From: Candidatus Methylomirabilia bacterium
GTDB lineage: Bacteria > Methylomirabilota > Methylomirabilia > Rokubacteriales > CSP1-6
DNA: 64,000 bases
Assembly (NCBI GenBank): GCA_041496385.1
Contig: JBGQEL010000007.1
Coordinates: 1-64,000 of the forward strand
Reading direction: 5' to 3'
Below are positions 9,484 through 18,993 of the stretch, one piece after another (positions within the stretch are counted from its first letter, which is position 1; the number at the start of each line of letters is the position of its first letter). A model generated the notes under the pieces. That model was not told where the DNA came from. It was given only the letters and a program-made list of their open reading frames with translations, and did not search any database. Position numbers and translations under genes: made by a program.

Positions 9484-11079
9484 GTGCTCGACCTCAAGAT
9501 CGAGGGCGCGACGGTCATCGACGGCACCGGCGTGGCGGGCGGCCGCATGGACGTCGGCGTGCGCGACGACTCGATCGCCGCCCTCGGCGACCTCTCGCGC
9601 GAGTCGGCCGGCTCGACGCTGCGCGCCTCGGGCCGCGTGGTGGCGCCCGGTTTCATCGACATGCACTCGCACTCCGACTGGCGGCTCTGGGAGAACCGGC
9701 GCGCCGAGTCGAAGATCCGCCAGGGCGTGACGACGGAGGTCGTCGGCAACTGCGGCTTCTCTCCCGCGCCCGCCTCGACGGAGCACCTCGATGCGCTACG
9801 CGGCTTCGCGCTCCACGTTCCGGCGGGCATGGACTTCGGCTGGCGCTCGGTCGGCGACTACCTCCGGGCGTTCGACCGCGAGGGCACCGCGCTCAACGTC
9901 GCGCAGCTCGTCGGGCACGGCACGCTCCGCGTCGCGGCCATGGGCTTCGCGCGGCGGGCGCCCGACGCCAAGGAGCTGTCGCGCATGCAGCGGCTGCTCG
10001 CCGACGCGATGGAGGACGGCGCCTGGGGGCTCTCCACCGGGCTCATCTACGCGCCCGGCTCCTACGCGGCGACGGAGGAGGTCGTCGAGCTCGCGCGCGT
10101 CGCCGCGCGCCACCGCGGCTTCTACGCGAGCCACATCCGCGGCGAGGGCGCCACGCTGCTCGACGCGGTCGGCGAGGCGATCCGGATCGGGCGGGACGCG
10201 GACCTCCCCGTGCAGGTGAGCCACGTGAAGGCCGCGGGCCGGCCCAACTGGGGCAAGGTCGCCGACGCCCTCGCGCTCATCGACGCGGCGCGCGCCGAGG
10301 GCCAGGACGTCATGGCCGACGTCTATCCCTACACGGCGTCGAGCACGACGGTGCGCACGCTGCTGCCCGACTGGGCCCTCGAGGGCGGCGTGGACGCGAT
10401 GCTCGCGCGGCTCGCGGACCCGGCGACGCGCCGGCGGATCCGCGGCGAGCTCGAGGCGCCGGCGACGGGCCAGAGCCTGGTCGACCGGATCGGCTGGGAG
10501 AACATCATGATGGCCTCCTGCGTCCGGCGGCGCGATGCCGAGGGCAAGCGTCTGTCGGAGATCGCGGCGGCGCGGTGCCTCGCCCCGCTCGACGCCGCGC
10601 TCGAGCTGATCGTGGACGAGGCGGGCCGGGCGTACGTGATCCTCTTCCAGCTCGACGAGCGCGACCTGCGCCGCGCGCTCGCCCACCCCGCGGTGATGAT
10701 CGGCTCCGACGGCTCGGCCCTGGCGCCCTACGGCGCGCTCGGCGCGGGCAAGCCGCACCCGCGGAGCTACGGCACCTTCCCGCGCGTGCTCGGCGAATAC
10801 GCGCGGGAGCAGCGGGTGCTCGGGCTCGCCGAGGCGGTCCACAAGATGACGGGGCTGCCGGCGCGGCGGCTGGGGCTCCGCGACCGCGGGGTCGTCCGGG
10901 TGGGCGCCAAGGCCGACCTGGTCGTCTTCGATCCCAAGCGCGTCACCGACCAGGCGACCTACGAGGAGCCGCACCGGTACCCGGTGGGGATCGAGCACGT
11001 CATCGTCAACGGCCGGTTCGTCATCAAGGACGCCGTGCACACCGGCAGCCTGCCCGGCCGACTGCTGACGCCACCGTGA
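9484..11079 (+). CDS. N-acyl-D-amino-acid deacylase (D-aminoacylase) family amidohydrolase
   Basis: PGFIDMHSHSD, GVTTEVVGNCG, HPRSYGTFPR, ADLVVFD. Confidence 0.9.
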   Translation: MLDLKIEGATVIDGTGVAGGRMDVGVRDDSIAALGDLSRESAGSTLRASGRVVAPGFIDMHSHSDWRLWENRRAESKIRQGVTTEVVGNCGFSPAPASTEHLDALRGFALHVPAGMDFGWRSVGDYLRAFDREGTALNVAQLVGHGTLRVAAMGFARRAPDAKELSRMQRLLADAMEDGAWGLSTGLIYAPGSYAATEEVVELARVAARHRGFYASHIRGEGATLLDAVGEAIRIGRDADLPVQVSHVKAAGRPNWGKVADALALIDAARAEGQDVMADVYPYTASSTTVRTLLPDWALEGGVDAMLARLADPATRRRIRGELEAPATGQSLVDRIGWENIMMASCVRRRDAEGKRLSEIAAARCLAPLDAALELIVDEAGRAYVILFQLDERDLRRALAHPAVMIGSDGSALAPYGALGAGKPHPRSYGTFPRVLGEYAREQRVLGLAEAVHKMTGLPARRLGLRDRGVVRVGAKADLVVFDPKRVTDQATYEEPHRYPVGIEHVIVNGRFVIKDAVHTGSLPGRLLTPP

Positions 11080-14000
11080 AGATCGGACGTGTCTTCCCCG
11101 ATCTCCTGACGCCGCTCTCGACCGCGGCCTCGGTCGAGCAGGGTCTCGCGCGCACCCTCGCCCGCCTCGTCCACCTGACCGGCGCCGACGCCGGAGCGCT
11201 CGCGTTCAGCCCCGACCGCGCCGAGCCCATCGTCGTCACGGCGGGCGCGCGGCGCCTTCCCGCCGCGCTCCGCGCGTGGCTGACGGCCGCGAGCAGGACG
11301 CCGGTGCGCGGTGTGCGAGTCGCGCGGGTCATGCCGCCGGGCTGGCCACGCGGCGGCGGCGCGACGCTGCTCTCGGCGCCTCTGGGCCCGCCGGGCCGCG
11401 CGGCGAGCGCGCTCCTCCTGCTCGGCCGGCCCGGCCGGCTCACGCGCGCCGCGCTCCCCGCGGGCTTTCCGCGCGAGCTCGGCGAGGCGATCGCGCGCGT
11501 CTGGGAGCTCCACCGGCGGACCCTCCGCATGGCGGTCCTGAACGAGATCTCGGCGTTCCTCGTCTCGGGTGACGCGCTCGACGACGTGTTCCGCGCCTTC
11601 GTCGAGGGCGCCGCGAAGCTCCTGCGGTTCGACTCCATCGCCGTCTCGCTGCTCGACGCCGAGCGTGGCGAGTTCGAGATCGTGGACGTGGCCGCCCGCG
11701 GCCTGCCGCTCGGCGGCCGGCGCGACGGCCGGATGCCGCTCGCCGACACGCTGCTCGCCGACGTCGTGGCGCGGGGCGCGCCCCTGCGCGTGGACGATGC
11801 CGAGCGCGACACCCTGCCCGCGGCGAGCCGGCGCGTGCTCTCGGCGCACGGCTACAGGGCGGCGCTGCTCGCCCCGCTGGCGGCGGGCGGCGGCGTCTTC
11901 GGCGCGGTGACGCTCGCCGCGGTGCGCCCCGGCGCCTTCGACGACGCGGACGCGGAGATCCTCGCCGAGCTGGTGCGCCCCCTCGCCTCGGCGATCGAGC
12001 GGCGCCGCCTCAACGAGGAGGGGCGGCGCCGGACCGAGGAGCTCGAGGCGCTCTACGCGACGAGCCAGCTCATCACGGCGCGGCTCGACGTGGCGTCGGT
12101 GCTCGACCGGATCAGCCGCTCGGTCACGGCGCTCATCGGCAGCACCGGCTGCGGCATCGGCCTGCTCGATCGCGAACGGGCGCAGCTCACGCACGTGGCC
12201 GCGCACGGTTTCCGGAGCGAGGAGTGGCGCGCGCTCTCGCTGCCGGTCGGTGAGGGAATCATGGGCCGGGCCGCGCAGAGCGGCGCCGCGATCCGCGTCG
12301 ACGACGTGCGGACCGATCCGCGCTCGGCCCGCCGCGACGTGGACGAGCGCGAGGAGATCCGCTCGATGCTCTGCGTGCCGCTCAAAGTGGGCGGCGGGGT
12401 CATCGGGGCGATCTCGGCCTTCTCGCGGCGGCCCGGCGCCTTCACGGCGCACCACCAGCGCATCCTCGAGGCGTTCGGCGAGCAGGCGGGCATCGCGATC
12501 CACAACGCGCAGCTGTTCGAGGAGAGCGTGCACCGCGCGCGGGAGACGCGTGCGCTCCTCGAGGCCGGCCGGGCGGTCACCGCCAGCCTCGACGTGGACC
12601 GGACGATCCGGGTGATCCTCGACGCGGCGCGCGGCGTGCTCGGTGTAGACTCGTGCGGGCTCGCCACGCTCGATCCGGAGACGAACGAGCTCGTCTCGGT
12701 GGCGAGCCTCGACCTGCCGCCCGCGCTGGCCAAGGAGATCCGGCTGAAGGTCGGCGAGGGGATCGGAGGCCGCGCCGTGAGCGAGCGGAGGCCGGTGCAG
12801 AGTCGCGACCTGTACGACGACCCGCGCGCCCGCTATCCGCATCTCGCGCGCGCGACCGGGTTCCGCTCGATGCTCGCCGCGCCGCTCCGCGTCGGCGAGC
12901 GCGCGATCGGCGCGATCAGCGTCTTCCGTCGTGACGTCCACGAGTTCTCGGCCGCCGAGGAGGAGCTCCTGCTGGCGCTCGCCGACCAGGCGGCGATCGC
13001 GCTCGAGCACGCCCGGCTCTACACGGAGCTGGAGGCGATGGTCGCCGAGCGGACCCGGGAGCTCGACACCCAGAAGCGGTTCGTCGAGGTCGTGCTCGAG
13101 ACGCTGCCGCTCGGCGTGTTCGTGCTCGACGCCGGGCTTCGCGTCGTCCGGGCGAACCGCGAGGGCGCCCGCGCGCTCGGCGGCGCGCCCGACGCGCACG
13201 TCCCCTTCGCCCTGCTCCTGGGCCGGGACCGCGCGTCCGCCGTCGAGGACTTTCTCCGCCAGGCCTTCGCCACGCGGCAGGGGAGCGTGATGGAGCAGGA
13301 GGCCGCGATCGCCGGCGAGACCAAGATCTTCAGGCTGACCACGGCGCCCTTCGAGTCGGCCGACGCGGACGTCGCCCACGCGGTCGTGCTCGTCGAGGAC
13401 GTCACGCGCGCGAAGCGTCTCGAGCGCCAGATGCTGATGACGGAGCGTCTGACGACGGCGGGCCGGCTCGCGGCGGGCGTCGCGCACGAGCTGAACAACC
13501 CGCTCGCCACGATCGCCGGCTGCGCCGAGTCGCTCCAGAGCCGGGTCCGCGAGGCGGAGCTGGCGAAGACGCCCGAGCTGGCCGACTTCCCGCACTACTT
13601 GCGCCTCATCGAGGAGGAGGCGTTCCGCTGCAAGGAGATCACCGGGAGCCTCCTCCAGTTCGTCCGCGACCCCGGGAGTCGTCGCGCCCCGACCGACCTC
13701 GGCGCCCTCGTCCAGAAGGCGCTCGAGCTGCTCTCGCATCAGTCGCGCTTCGCCGAGAGCCGTATCGTGACCGAGCTCGATGGGGCGCTCCCGCTCGTGG
13801 CGGTGAACGAGGGCCAGCTACGCCAGGTCTTCATCGGCATCGCCGCGAACGCGCTCGAAGCCATGGAGGGACGCGGCACGCTGACCCTGCGCTCCCGCGT
13901 CCATCGCGGCGAGGTCGAGGTCGAGTTCGAGGACGAGGGGCCGGGGATCCCCGACGAGATCCTGCCGCGCATCTTCGACCCGTTCTATACGACCAAGCCG

Positions 14001-14126
14001 CCCGGCCAGGGGACGGGACTCGGCCTCGCCATCGCGCAGGGGATCGTGGCCGACCACGGCGGCCGGATCGAGGTCACCTCGCGCCCCGCCAAGGGGAGCG
14101 TCTTCCGCGTGGTGCTGCCCCTGTGA
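11076..14126 (+). CDS. Cytoplasmic sensor histidine kinase, multiple GAF + PAS + HisKA + HATPase
   Basis: Repeated GAF signatures (MLCVPLKVGG, MLAAPLRVGE), AHELNNPL H-box, DEGPG, FDPFYTTK, GTGLGL. Confidence 0.92.
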   Translation: MKIGRVFPDLLTPLSTAASVEQGLARTLARLVHLTGADAGALAFSPDRAEPIVVTAGARRLPAALRAWLTAASRTPVRGVRVARVMPPGWPRGGGATLLSAPLGPPGRAASALLLLGRPGRLTRAALPAGFPRELGEAIARVWELHRRTLRMAVLNEISAFLVSGDALDDVFRAFVEGAAKLLRFDSIAVSLLDAERGEFEIVDVAARGLPLGGRRDGRMPLADTLLADVVARGAPLRVDDAERDTLPAASRRVLSAHGYRAALLAPLAAGGGVFGAVTLAAVRPGAFDDADAEILAELVRPLASAIERRRLNEEGRRRTEELEALYATSQLITARLDVASVLDRISRSVTALIGSTGCGIGLLDRERAQLTHVAAHGFRSEEWRALSLPVGEGIMGRAAQSGAAIRVDDVRTDPRSARRDVDEREEIRSMLCVPLKVGGGVIGAISAFSRRPGAFTAHHQRILEAFGEQAGIAIHNAQLFEESVHRARETRALLEAGRAVTASLDVDRTIRVILDAARGVLGVDSCGLATLDPETNELVSVASLDLPPALAKEIRLKVGEGIGGRAVSERRPVQSRDLYDDPRARYPHLARATGFRSMLAAPLRVGERAIGAISVFRRDVHEFSAAEEELLLALADQAAIALEHARLYTELEAMVAERTRELDTQKRFVEVVLETLPLGVFVLDAGLRVVRANREGARALGGAPDAHVPFALLLGRDRASAVEDFLRQAFATRQGSVMEQEAAIAGETKIFRLTTAPFESADADVAHAVVLVEDVTRAKRLERQMLMTERLTTAGRLAAGVAHELNNPLATIAGCAESLQSRVREAELAKTPELADFPHYLRLIEEEAFRCKEITGSLLQFVRDPGSRRAPTDLGALVQKALELLSHQSRFAESRIVTELDGALPLVAVNEGQLRQVFIGIAANALEAMEGRGTLTLRSRVHRGEVEVEFEDEGPGIPDEILPRIFDPFYTTKPPGQGTGLGLAIAQGIVADHGGRIEVTSRPAKGSVFRVVLPL

Positions 14127-15475
14127 GCCGGCGGATCCGCGTCCTGGTCGCCGACGACGAGCGCAACCTGCGCGAGCTCATGATCCGCGAGCTCGGGCGC
14201 AAGGGGCACGAGGTCGAGGGCGCCGGCGACGGCGCGGCCGCGCTCGCGCGCCTCCAGGAGGCGTCCTACGACGTCGTGGTCCTCGACATGAAGATGCCGA
14301 AGAAGGAGGGGATCGAGGTCCTCCGCGAGCTCCAGGCGCTCTCCGATCCGCCGCAGGTGATCGTGATGACGGGCTTCCAGGAGGTCGGGACGGCGGTCGA
14401 GGCGATGAAGCTCGGCGCCTACGACTACCTCACCAAGCCCACGAAGATCGAGGAGCTCGACATCGTCATCCGCAAGGCGGCGGAGAAGGGACAGCTCCTC
14501 CGCGACAACGAGGCGCTGCGCGCCCACGCTCCCGGCGGCGAGCCGGCGGGCGGCATCCTGACCCGCAGCCCCGCCATGCTGGAGGTGCTGCGCATCGTCG
14601 ATCGCGTGGCGCCGACGGACTCGGCCGTGCTGATCCTCGGCGAGAGCGGTACCGGCAAGGAGCTCATCGCGCGCGGCATCCACGAGCGCTCGCAGCGGTT
14701 GGGCCGCCCCTTCGTGCCGATCCACTGCGGCGCCCTGCCGCACGAGGTCTTCGAGTCGGAGCTGTTCGGCCACGAGAAGGGGGCCTTCACGGGCGCCGTC
14801 GGCGCCAAGCCCGGCCTGGTCGAGCTCGCCGACGGTGGCACCCTCTTCCTCGACGAGATCGGCGAGATGGAGCCGGACAGCCAGGTGAAGCTCCTGCGCG
14901 CGCTCGAGACCGGGACCTTCTTCCGCGTCGGGGGGACGCGGCCGCGGCGCGTGGACGTGCGGCTCGTCGCCGCGACCAACCGCGACCTCGCCGAGGCGAT
15001 GCGGACGGGCGGGTTCCGCCAGGATCTCTATTACCGGATCAACACGATCGCCCTCAAGCTTCCGCCGCTGCGCGAGCGTCGCGAGGACATTGTGCTCCTG
15101 GCGACACACTTCGTTGGCACCCAAGCCGCCTATGGCGTGAAGCGTCTGTCCCCCGCGACCCTCGCGGCGCTCGAGAGCTACGACTGGCCGGGCAACGTGC
15201 GCGAGCTGCTTCACGCGATCGAGCGCGCTGCGATCCTCACGAAGGGCGACGAGATCCAGCCCGACGACCTCCCCCCCGAGGTGGGCGGCGCGCCACGCGC
15301 GCCCGCGTCGACGTCCGGCGGAAGTCTCGAGCAGATGGAGCGCCAGCACATCGTCGCCACGCTCCGTCAGGTCGGCGGCCATCGCGGCAAGGCCGCCGCC
15401 CTGCTCGCGATCGATCCCAAGACCCTCTACCGCAAGATCCTGGCCTACAGCATCGTGCCGGACGAGTTCCGCTGA
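14123..15475 (+). CDS. Sigma54-dependent response regulator (NtrC/AtoC family)
   Basis: Receiver ADD...VLDMKMP, GESGTGKE, GAFTGA, LFLDE, WPGNVREL, HTH. Confidence 0.95.
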   Translation: MSRRIRVLVADDERNLRELMIRELGRKGHEVEGAGDGAAALARLQEASYDVVVLDMKMPKKEGIEVLRELQALSDPPQVIVMTGFQEVGTAVEAMKLGAYDYLTKPTKIEELDIVIRKAAEKGQLLRDNEALRAHAPGGEPAGGILTRSPAMLEVLRIVDRVAPTDSAVLILGESGTGKELIARGIHERSQRLGRPFVPIHCGALPHEVFESELFGHEKGAFTGAVGAKPGLVELADGGTLFLDEIGEMEPDSQVKLLRALETGTFFRVGGTRPRRVDVRLVAATNRDLAEAMRTGGFRQDLYYRINTIALKLPPLRERREDIVLLATHFVGTQAAYGVKRLSPATLAALESYDWPGNVRELLHAIERAAILTKGDEIQPDDLPPEVGGAPRAPASTSGGSLEQMERQHIVATLRQVGGHRGKAAALLAIDPKTLYRKILAYSIVPDEFR

Positions 15476-15652
15476 CTCCGACGCGCGCGCGGGCGCGATC
15501 GGCCTGACCGCCGGCCTGGAGCGCGGGTCGCGTGAGGCTCGGGCGGGACCCCCGATCGATCGGGTGTTCTGCCTGAGCCTTCCATGCCTCCCCCCAGCGA
15601 CTCGCGAGCGCGACGACCGAAGAATCAGGACGTTGGTCGTGGCCGGGGCCTC

Positions 15653-15667
15653 TGGCACTTCGCTTGC
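15653..15667 (+). promoter_or_regulatory. Sigma54 -24/-12 promoter
   Basis: TGGCAC-TTCGC-TTGC, exact consensus, 50 nt upstream of ATG 15718 and just downstream of a bEBP gene. Confidence 0.8.
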
Positions 15668-15717
15668 CCTGTATTCCTTCGACGGTCTGTGCCGAACCAT
15701 CAATCGAAGGAGTGCTC

Positions 15718-16086
15718 ATGGATCCCGTGCTCGTGATCGATCAGGACCGCGCCGCGATGCAGGACCTCGGCCTCGGCTGCCTCGCGCAGGGCGTCGGTGT
15801 CGCGCTGGCCGAAAACCTCTGCGAAGGCGTCCGCGTCCTGCTTTCGGCGACCGTCTCGATCATCGCCGTGGACGCGGCGCTCCTCAGGCTGACGCCCCGG
15901 GAGCACGCCACGCTGTTCGAGCGCGTCGCGCCGGGCGTCCCCGTCGTGGTCATCGTCCGCCCTGACGCCGCGCTCGACACCCGCGTGGCGTTCGAGCTCG
16001 CCGGGTTCCGGGTGCTGCCCCGTCCGGTCGATGCCCGCGACCTGATCGAAAAGACCGCGGCGCTCGCCCAGGACAGGCACCGGTGA
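15718..16086 (+). CDS. Atypical single-domain receiver (CheY-like) protein
   Basis: AAGGAG RBS; VLVIDQD, IIAVD, LPRPVD (conserved Lys replaced by Arg). Confidence 0.7.
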   Translation: MDPVLVIDQDRAAMQDLGLGCLAQGVGVALAENLCEGVRVLLSATVSIIAVDAALLRLTPREHATLFERVAPGVPVVVIVRPDAALDTRVAFELAGFRVLPRPVDARDLIEKTAALAQDRHR

Positions 16087-16295
16087 CAGCCCGACTTCTG
16101 GCGAAGGGGGCCGTGGCGTTCGCCGCCGCGCTCATCCTCGCCGGGATGATCGAGCTCTCGTCCGTGACCGCCGAGCGTCGGGCCGCGCGCGCGGCCCGGC
16201 ACCTGCTCTTCGCCGACACGGTCGAGGCGGATCTGGCGATCGGGTCCGAGACGGATTCGCCCGAGCCCGCCGAGGTGCCGACGCTGACGCGCTGA
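16083..16295 (+). CDS. Small hypothetical protein with N-terminal hydrophobic helix
   Basis: GTGA overlap with the upstream gene; single TM/signal segment. Confidence 0.55.
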   Translation: MTARLLAKGAVAFAAALILAGMIELSSVTAERRAARAARHLLFADTVEADLAIGSETDSPEPAEVPTLTR

Positions 16296-16438
16296 GCGCG
16301 CGGCTCGCTTGCGTGGGCCGACCGCCCGTGTACACTGTGTCGTGTCGGCCGGATTGACCGGACCTCGCCTCCGACGCAACGTCTCTTCCGGTTCGCGGGG
16401 CGTGTACGACAGCGGAAGATCAGTCTAGGGGGTTCACC

Positions 16439-16813
16439 ATGGCGTCCAAACTGTACATCGGCGGTCTCGCGTACTCGACAACGAGCGATGGACTTCGTGA
16501 GTTCTTCACCCAGTGCGGCAACGTGCTCTCCGCGACGGTGATCACGGATCGGTTCTCGGGGCAGTCACGGGGGTTCGGTTTCGTGGAGATGGCCACGGCC
16601 GAGGAGGCGCAGAACGCCATCTCCCAGCTCAACGGCCGCGAGCTCGACGGGCGGCGCATCACGGTCGAGATCTCGAACCCGCAGGCGCCCCGGTCGGGCG
16701 GCGGTCCGCGCCCCGGTGGTGGGGGGGGCAGGCCGGGTGGCGGCGGGCGTGGTCCGGGTGGTGGCCGCGAGAGCGGCTACGCTCACCGGCCCTCGAAGCC
16801 GGTGAAGTGGTAG
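16439..16813 (+). CDS. RRM RNA-binding protein with Gly-rich tail
   Basis: RNP2 LYIGGL, RNP1 RGFGFVEM. Confidence 0.95.
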   Translation: MASKLYIGGLAYSTTSDGLREFFTQCGNVLSATVITDRFSGQSRGFGFVEMATAEEAQNAISQLNGRELDGRRITVEISNPQAPRSGGGPRPGGGGGRPGGGGRGPGGGRESGYAHRPSKPVKW

Positions 16814-16916
16814 TGCGAGGTGAGCCGCGGCACGCGGCGAGCCGAGCGGTGAGATTGGCTCCAGGGAGCGGTGCGAGGTGAGCCGCGGCGCGCGGCGAGC
16901 GGAGCGGTGAGATCGG
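16813..16916 (+). repeat. Two-copy 46-bp direct repeat, period 58 bp
   Basis: 16813-16858 and 16871-16916 (GTGCGAGGTGAGCCGCGGC[A/G]CGCGGCGAGC[C/G]GAGCGGTGAGAT[T/C]GG), 3 mismatches. Confidence 0.85.
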
Positions 16917-16965
16917 TCGTAGCGCGCGCACGCTAGCGATACGCGATCGAGGTCACTCGGACGTC

Positions 16966-16997
16966 GACGGGGCCAGCCGGAAACGGCCGGCCCCGTC
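16966..16997. terminator. GC-rich hairpin between convergent genes
   Basis: GACGGGGCC-A-GCCG-GAAA-CGGC-C-GGCCCCGTC. Confidence 0.55.
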
Positions 16998-17015
16998 CTG
17001 CGTCAGGCGCCGGGG

Positions 17016-18869
17016 CTAGGCGCCGTCGAAGATGCGGTCGTAGCGGCCGTACTCGCGGGCCGCGTCCATGAACCAGCGCACGGCGTCGGGGTCCGAGCGC
17101 GGCGGGATTTCGCACGAGGTCGAGAGGATGAAGCCGGAGTGCTTCGCCGCCGCGTCCAGGCAGCGCCGCACGTCGGCCTGCATCGCGTCCTGCGTGGTCT
17201 TCTCGAACTTTGTCGCGTCGACGTTGCCGATCGCCACCGCCCGGCCGCGCGAGACCTCCACGAACCGCCGGAGCTGATCCACGTAGAGCGTCGGGTCTCC
17301 CTGCTGGTCGAGGTCGAACGAGAACGTGGTGAATCCGCACTGGATCACGTCCTCGAAGATCGGATAGGTCGTCCCGCAGATGTGGGTCGTGACGCCGACC
17401 TTCTTGGCTTTGAAATGGTCCACCAGCTCCTTGTGGTACGGGGCGACGAACTCCCGATAGTTGTCGGGCGAGATCAGGCTGATGGATGCCGTCGGCTCCG
17501 AGAAGCTGAGGCCGATCCCCGTCTTCACGATCGCGTCACCCCAGAGCTTGCAGAAGTCCGTCGTGACACGCATCGCGTCGTGGATGAAGCGCGGGTCCTC
17601 GAACGTGTCGAGCAGCATCGTTTCCGGGTTGCGCAGCAGCATCGCGATCGTCCAGGGGCCGACCGCGACGGCGCCGATCGCCGACGGCGGCTTGGCCTTG
17701 ACGAGCGCCTCGCACTGCTCGAGGAACGCCGGCAGGCGCGCCGTCTTGTAGGGATCGGGCATCACGAGCTTCGCGAGCCCGGCCTTGTCCTCCTGCAGGA
17801 CGTGCTGGTCGATGGACGGCACGACGTAGTCCGAGTACTTCACGTGGCACCCGAAGGCCTCGGCCTCCTTGGCGAGGTCGTTGTAGGCGAGCACGACGTC
17901 GGGCTGGTATCGCTCGAAATAGTTCATCATCGCCGTGATCGCGCGCTTGACGTCCGTGCAGTATTCCTCGATCGAGAGGCCGTCGAGGGTGCCGGCGAAC
18001 GAGGCGACGATGGGGTAGACGGGGACACGGTCGGCGAAGGAGCGCTTGTAGGCCGCGACGACCCGGTCGCGGTTCGTGTACGCGCCACGACCCTGCTCGA
18101 CGTCCCAGACACGGTTGGCCTCCATGTACCGGGCCGGCAGCTTGGCCTCGTATTCCATGAACTGCGTGATCGGGTAACGGATGCCGCCCGCGTGCGTTCC
18201 CCGGAGCCCCTCGACGATCTCCTCCATCTGGGCCCAGGGGATCGTGAAGGCCATCTCGTGATCCTGAGTCTGGCCGAAGATCCGGTCGCCGGAGCAGGGC
18301 AGGATCACCTGGGGCCGGTCCGTCCGCATGGTCGAGACGATGATCTCGGAGCAGTCGATGCGGCCGCCAAACGCGGAGGTGAGCTTGCCGCCGCGCTTCC
18401 AGAGGGCCGCCTGCGTGAGCCGCATGACCTGGGCGGGATTCGCGTAGACGCAGACTAGGTGCGGCTCGAAGGGCGCGCGGTCGAGCGGCGCGACGAGGAG
18501 CGCGTAGTACTCGCCTGACGCGAAGCGGTCCACCGCGGCCTCGGAGCGCCGGCCCGCCTCCTTCGTCTCGGTGTACATGCCCTCGCAGAGCGTGCCCGAG
18601 TTGTGGAGGTGTGTGGGTTTCTCGAAACCGAGCGCCGCGATCCCGAGGGAGCAGATATGGTCCTCCCGCGTCAGCGCGATCATCCAGCCGTACCGCCGGG
18701 CCATGTCGATGACCTGGCAGTTCATGCTGAGCTTCTTGAAGTCGCGCGCCGGGCGCCGGGCCTTGTCCGGGATCGGCTCGCCGGGCTTCAGCATCCGGAT
18801 CGCGACGGGAAAGGTCTGCGGCCGGATGTAGGTCTGGAGCTCCCGGTCCGCCATCTTGACGTCGATCAT
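17016..18869 (-). CDS. DUF169 domain fused to URO-D / MtaA-CmuA family corrinoid methyltransferase
   Basis: N-terminal ~265 aa with DUF169-type Cys pattern (NCQ, HICS, IDCS, PCSGDR); C-terminal DRVPVYP, EAEAFG, GPWT, THICG, GNVD, STSCEIP. Confidence 0.8.
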   Translation of the reverse strand: MIDVKMADRELQTYIRPQTFPVAIRMLKPGEPIPDKARRPARDFKKLSMNCQVIDMARRYGWMIALTREDHICSLGIAALGFEKPTHLHNSGTLCEGMYTETKEAGRRSEAAVDRFASGEYYALLVAPLDRAPFEPHLVCVYANPAQVMRLTQAALWKRGGKLTSAFGGRIDCSEIIVSTMRTDRPQVILPCSGDRIFGQTQDHEMAFTIPWAQMEEIVEGLRGTHAGGIRYPITQFMEYEAKLPARYMEANRVWDVEQGRGAYTNRDRVVAAYKRSFADRVPVYPIVASFAGTLDGLSIEEYCTDVKRAITAMMNYFERYQPDVVLAYNDLAKEAEAFGCHVKYSDYVVPSIDQHVLQEDKAGLAKLVMPDPYKTARLPAFLEQCEALVKAKPPSAIGAVAVGPWTIAMLLRNPETMLLDTFEDPRFIHDAMRVTTDFCKLWGDAIVKTGIGLSFSEPTASISLISPDNYREFVAPYHKELVDHFKAKKVGVTTHICGTTYPIFEDVIQCGFTTFSFDLDQQGDPTLYVDQLRRFVEVSRGRAVAIGNVDATKFEKTTQDAMQADVRRCLDAAAKHSGFILSTSCEIPPRSDPDAVRWFMDAAREYGRYDRIFDGA

Positions 18870-18993
18870 GGCTGGCCTCCGCTGAGAGCGTACTACCTAG
18901 AGAACCCCGCGACAACAGAGTAGAATACCGCCCACCGCGGCGGCGCGAGGCGAGCCGCGGGTCGAGATCTTCGTCGATCAGGGAGGCGGGACG

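Noticed and set aside
16813..16916. Possible CRISPR array
   Set aside because: Only two 46-bp units with a 12-nt spacer, and no cas genes
17016..18070. hemE (true uroporphyrinogen decarboxylase)
   Set aside because: Lacks the N-terminal RQAGR motif and has the HxC/C Zn-ligand pattern of MtaA-type methyltransferases
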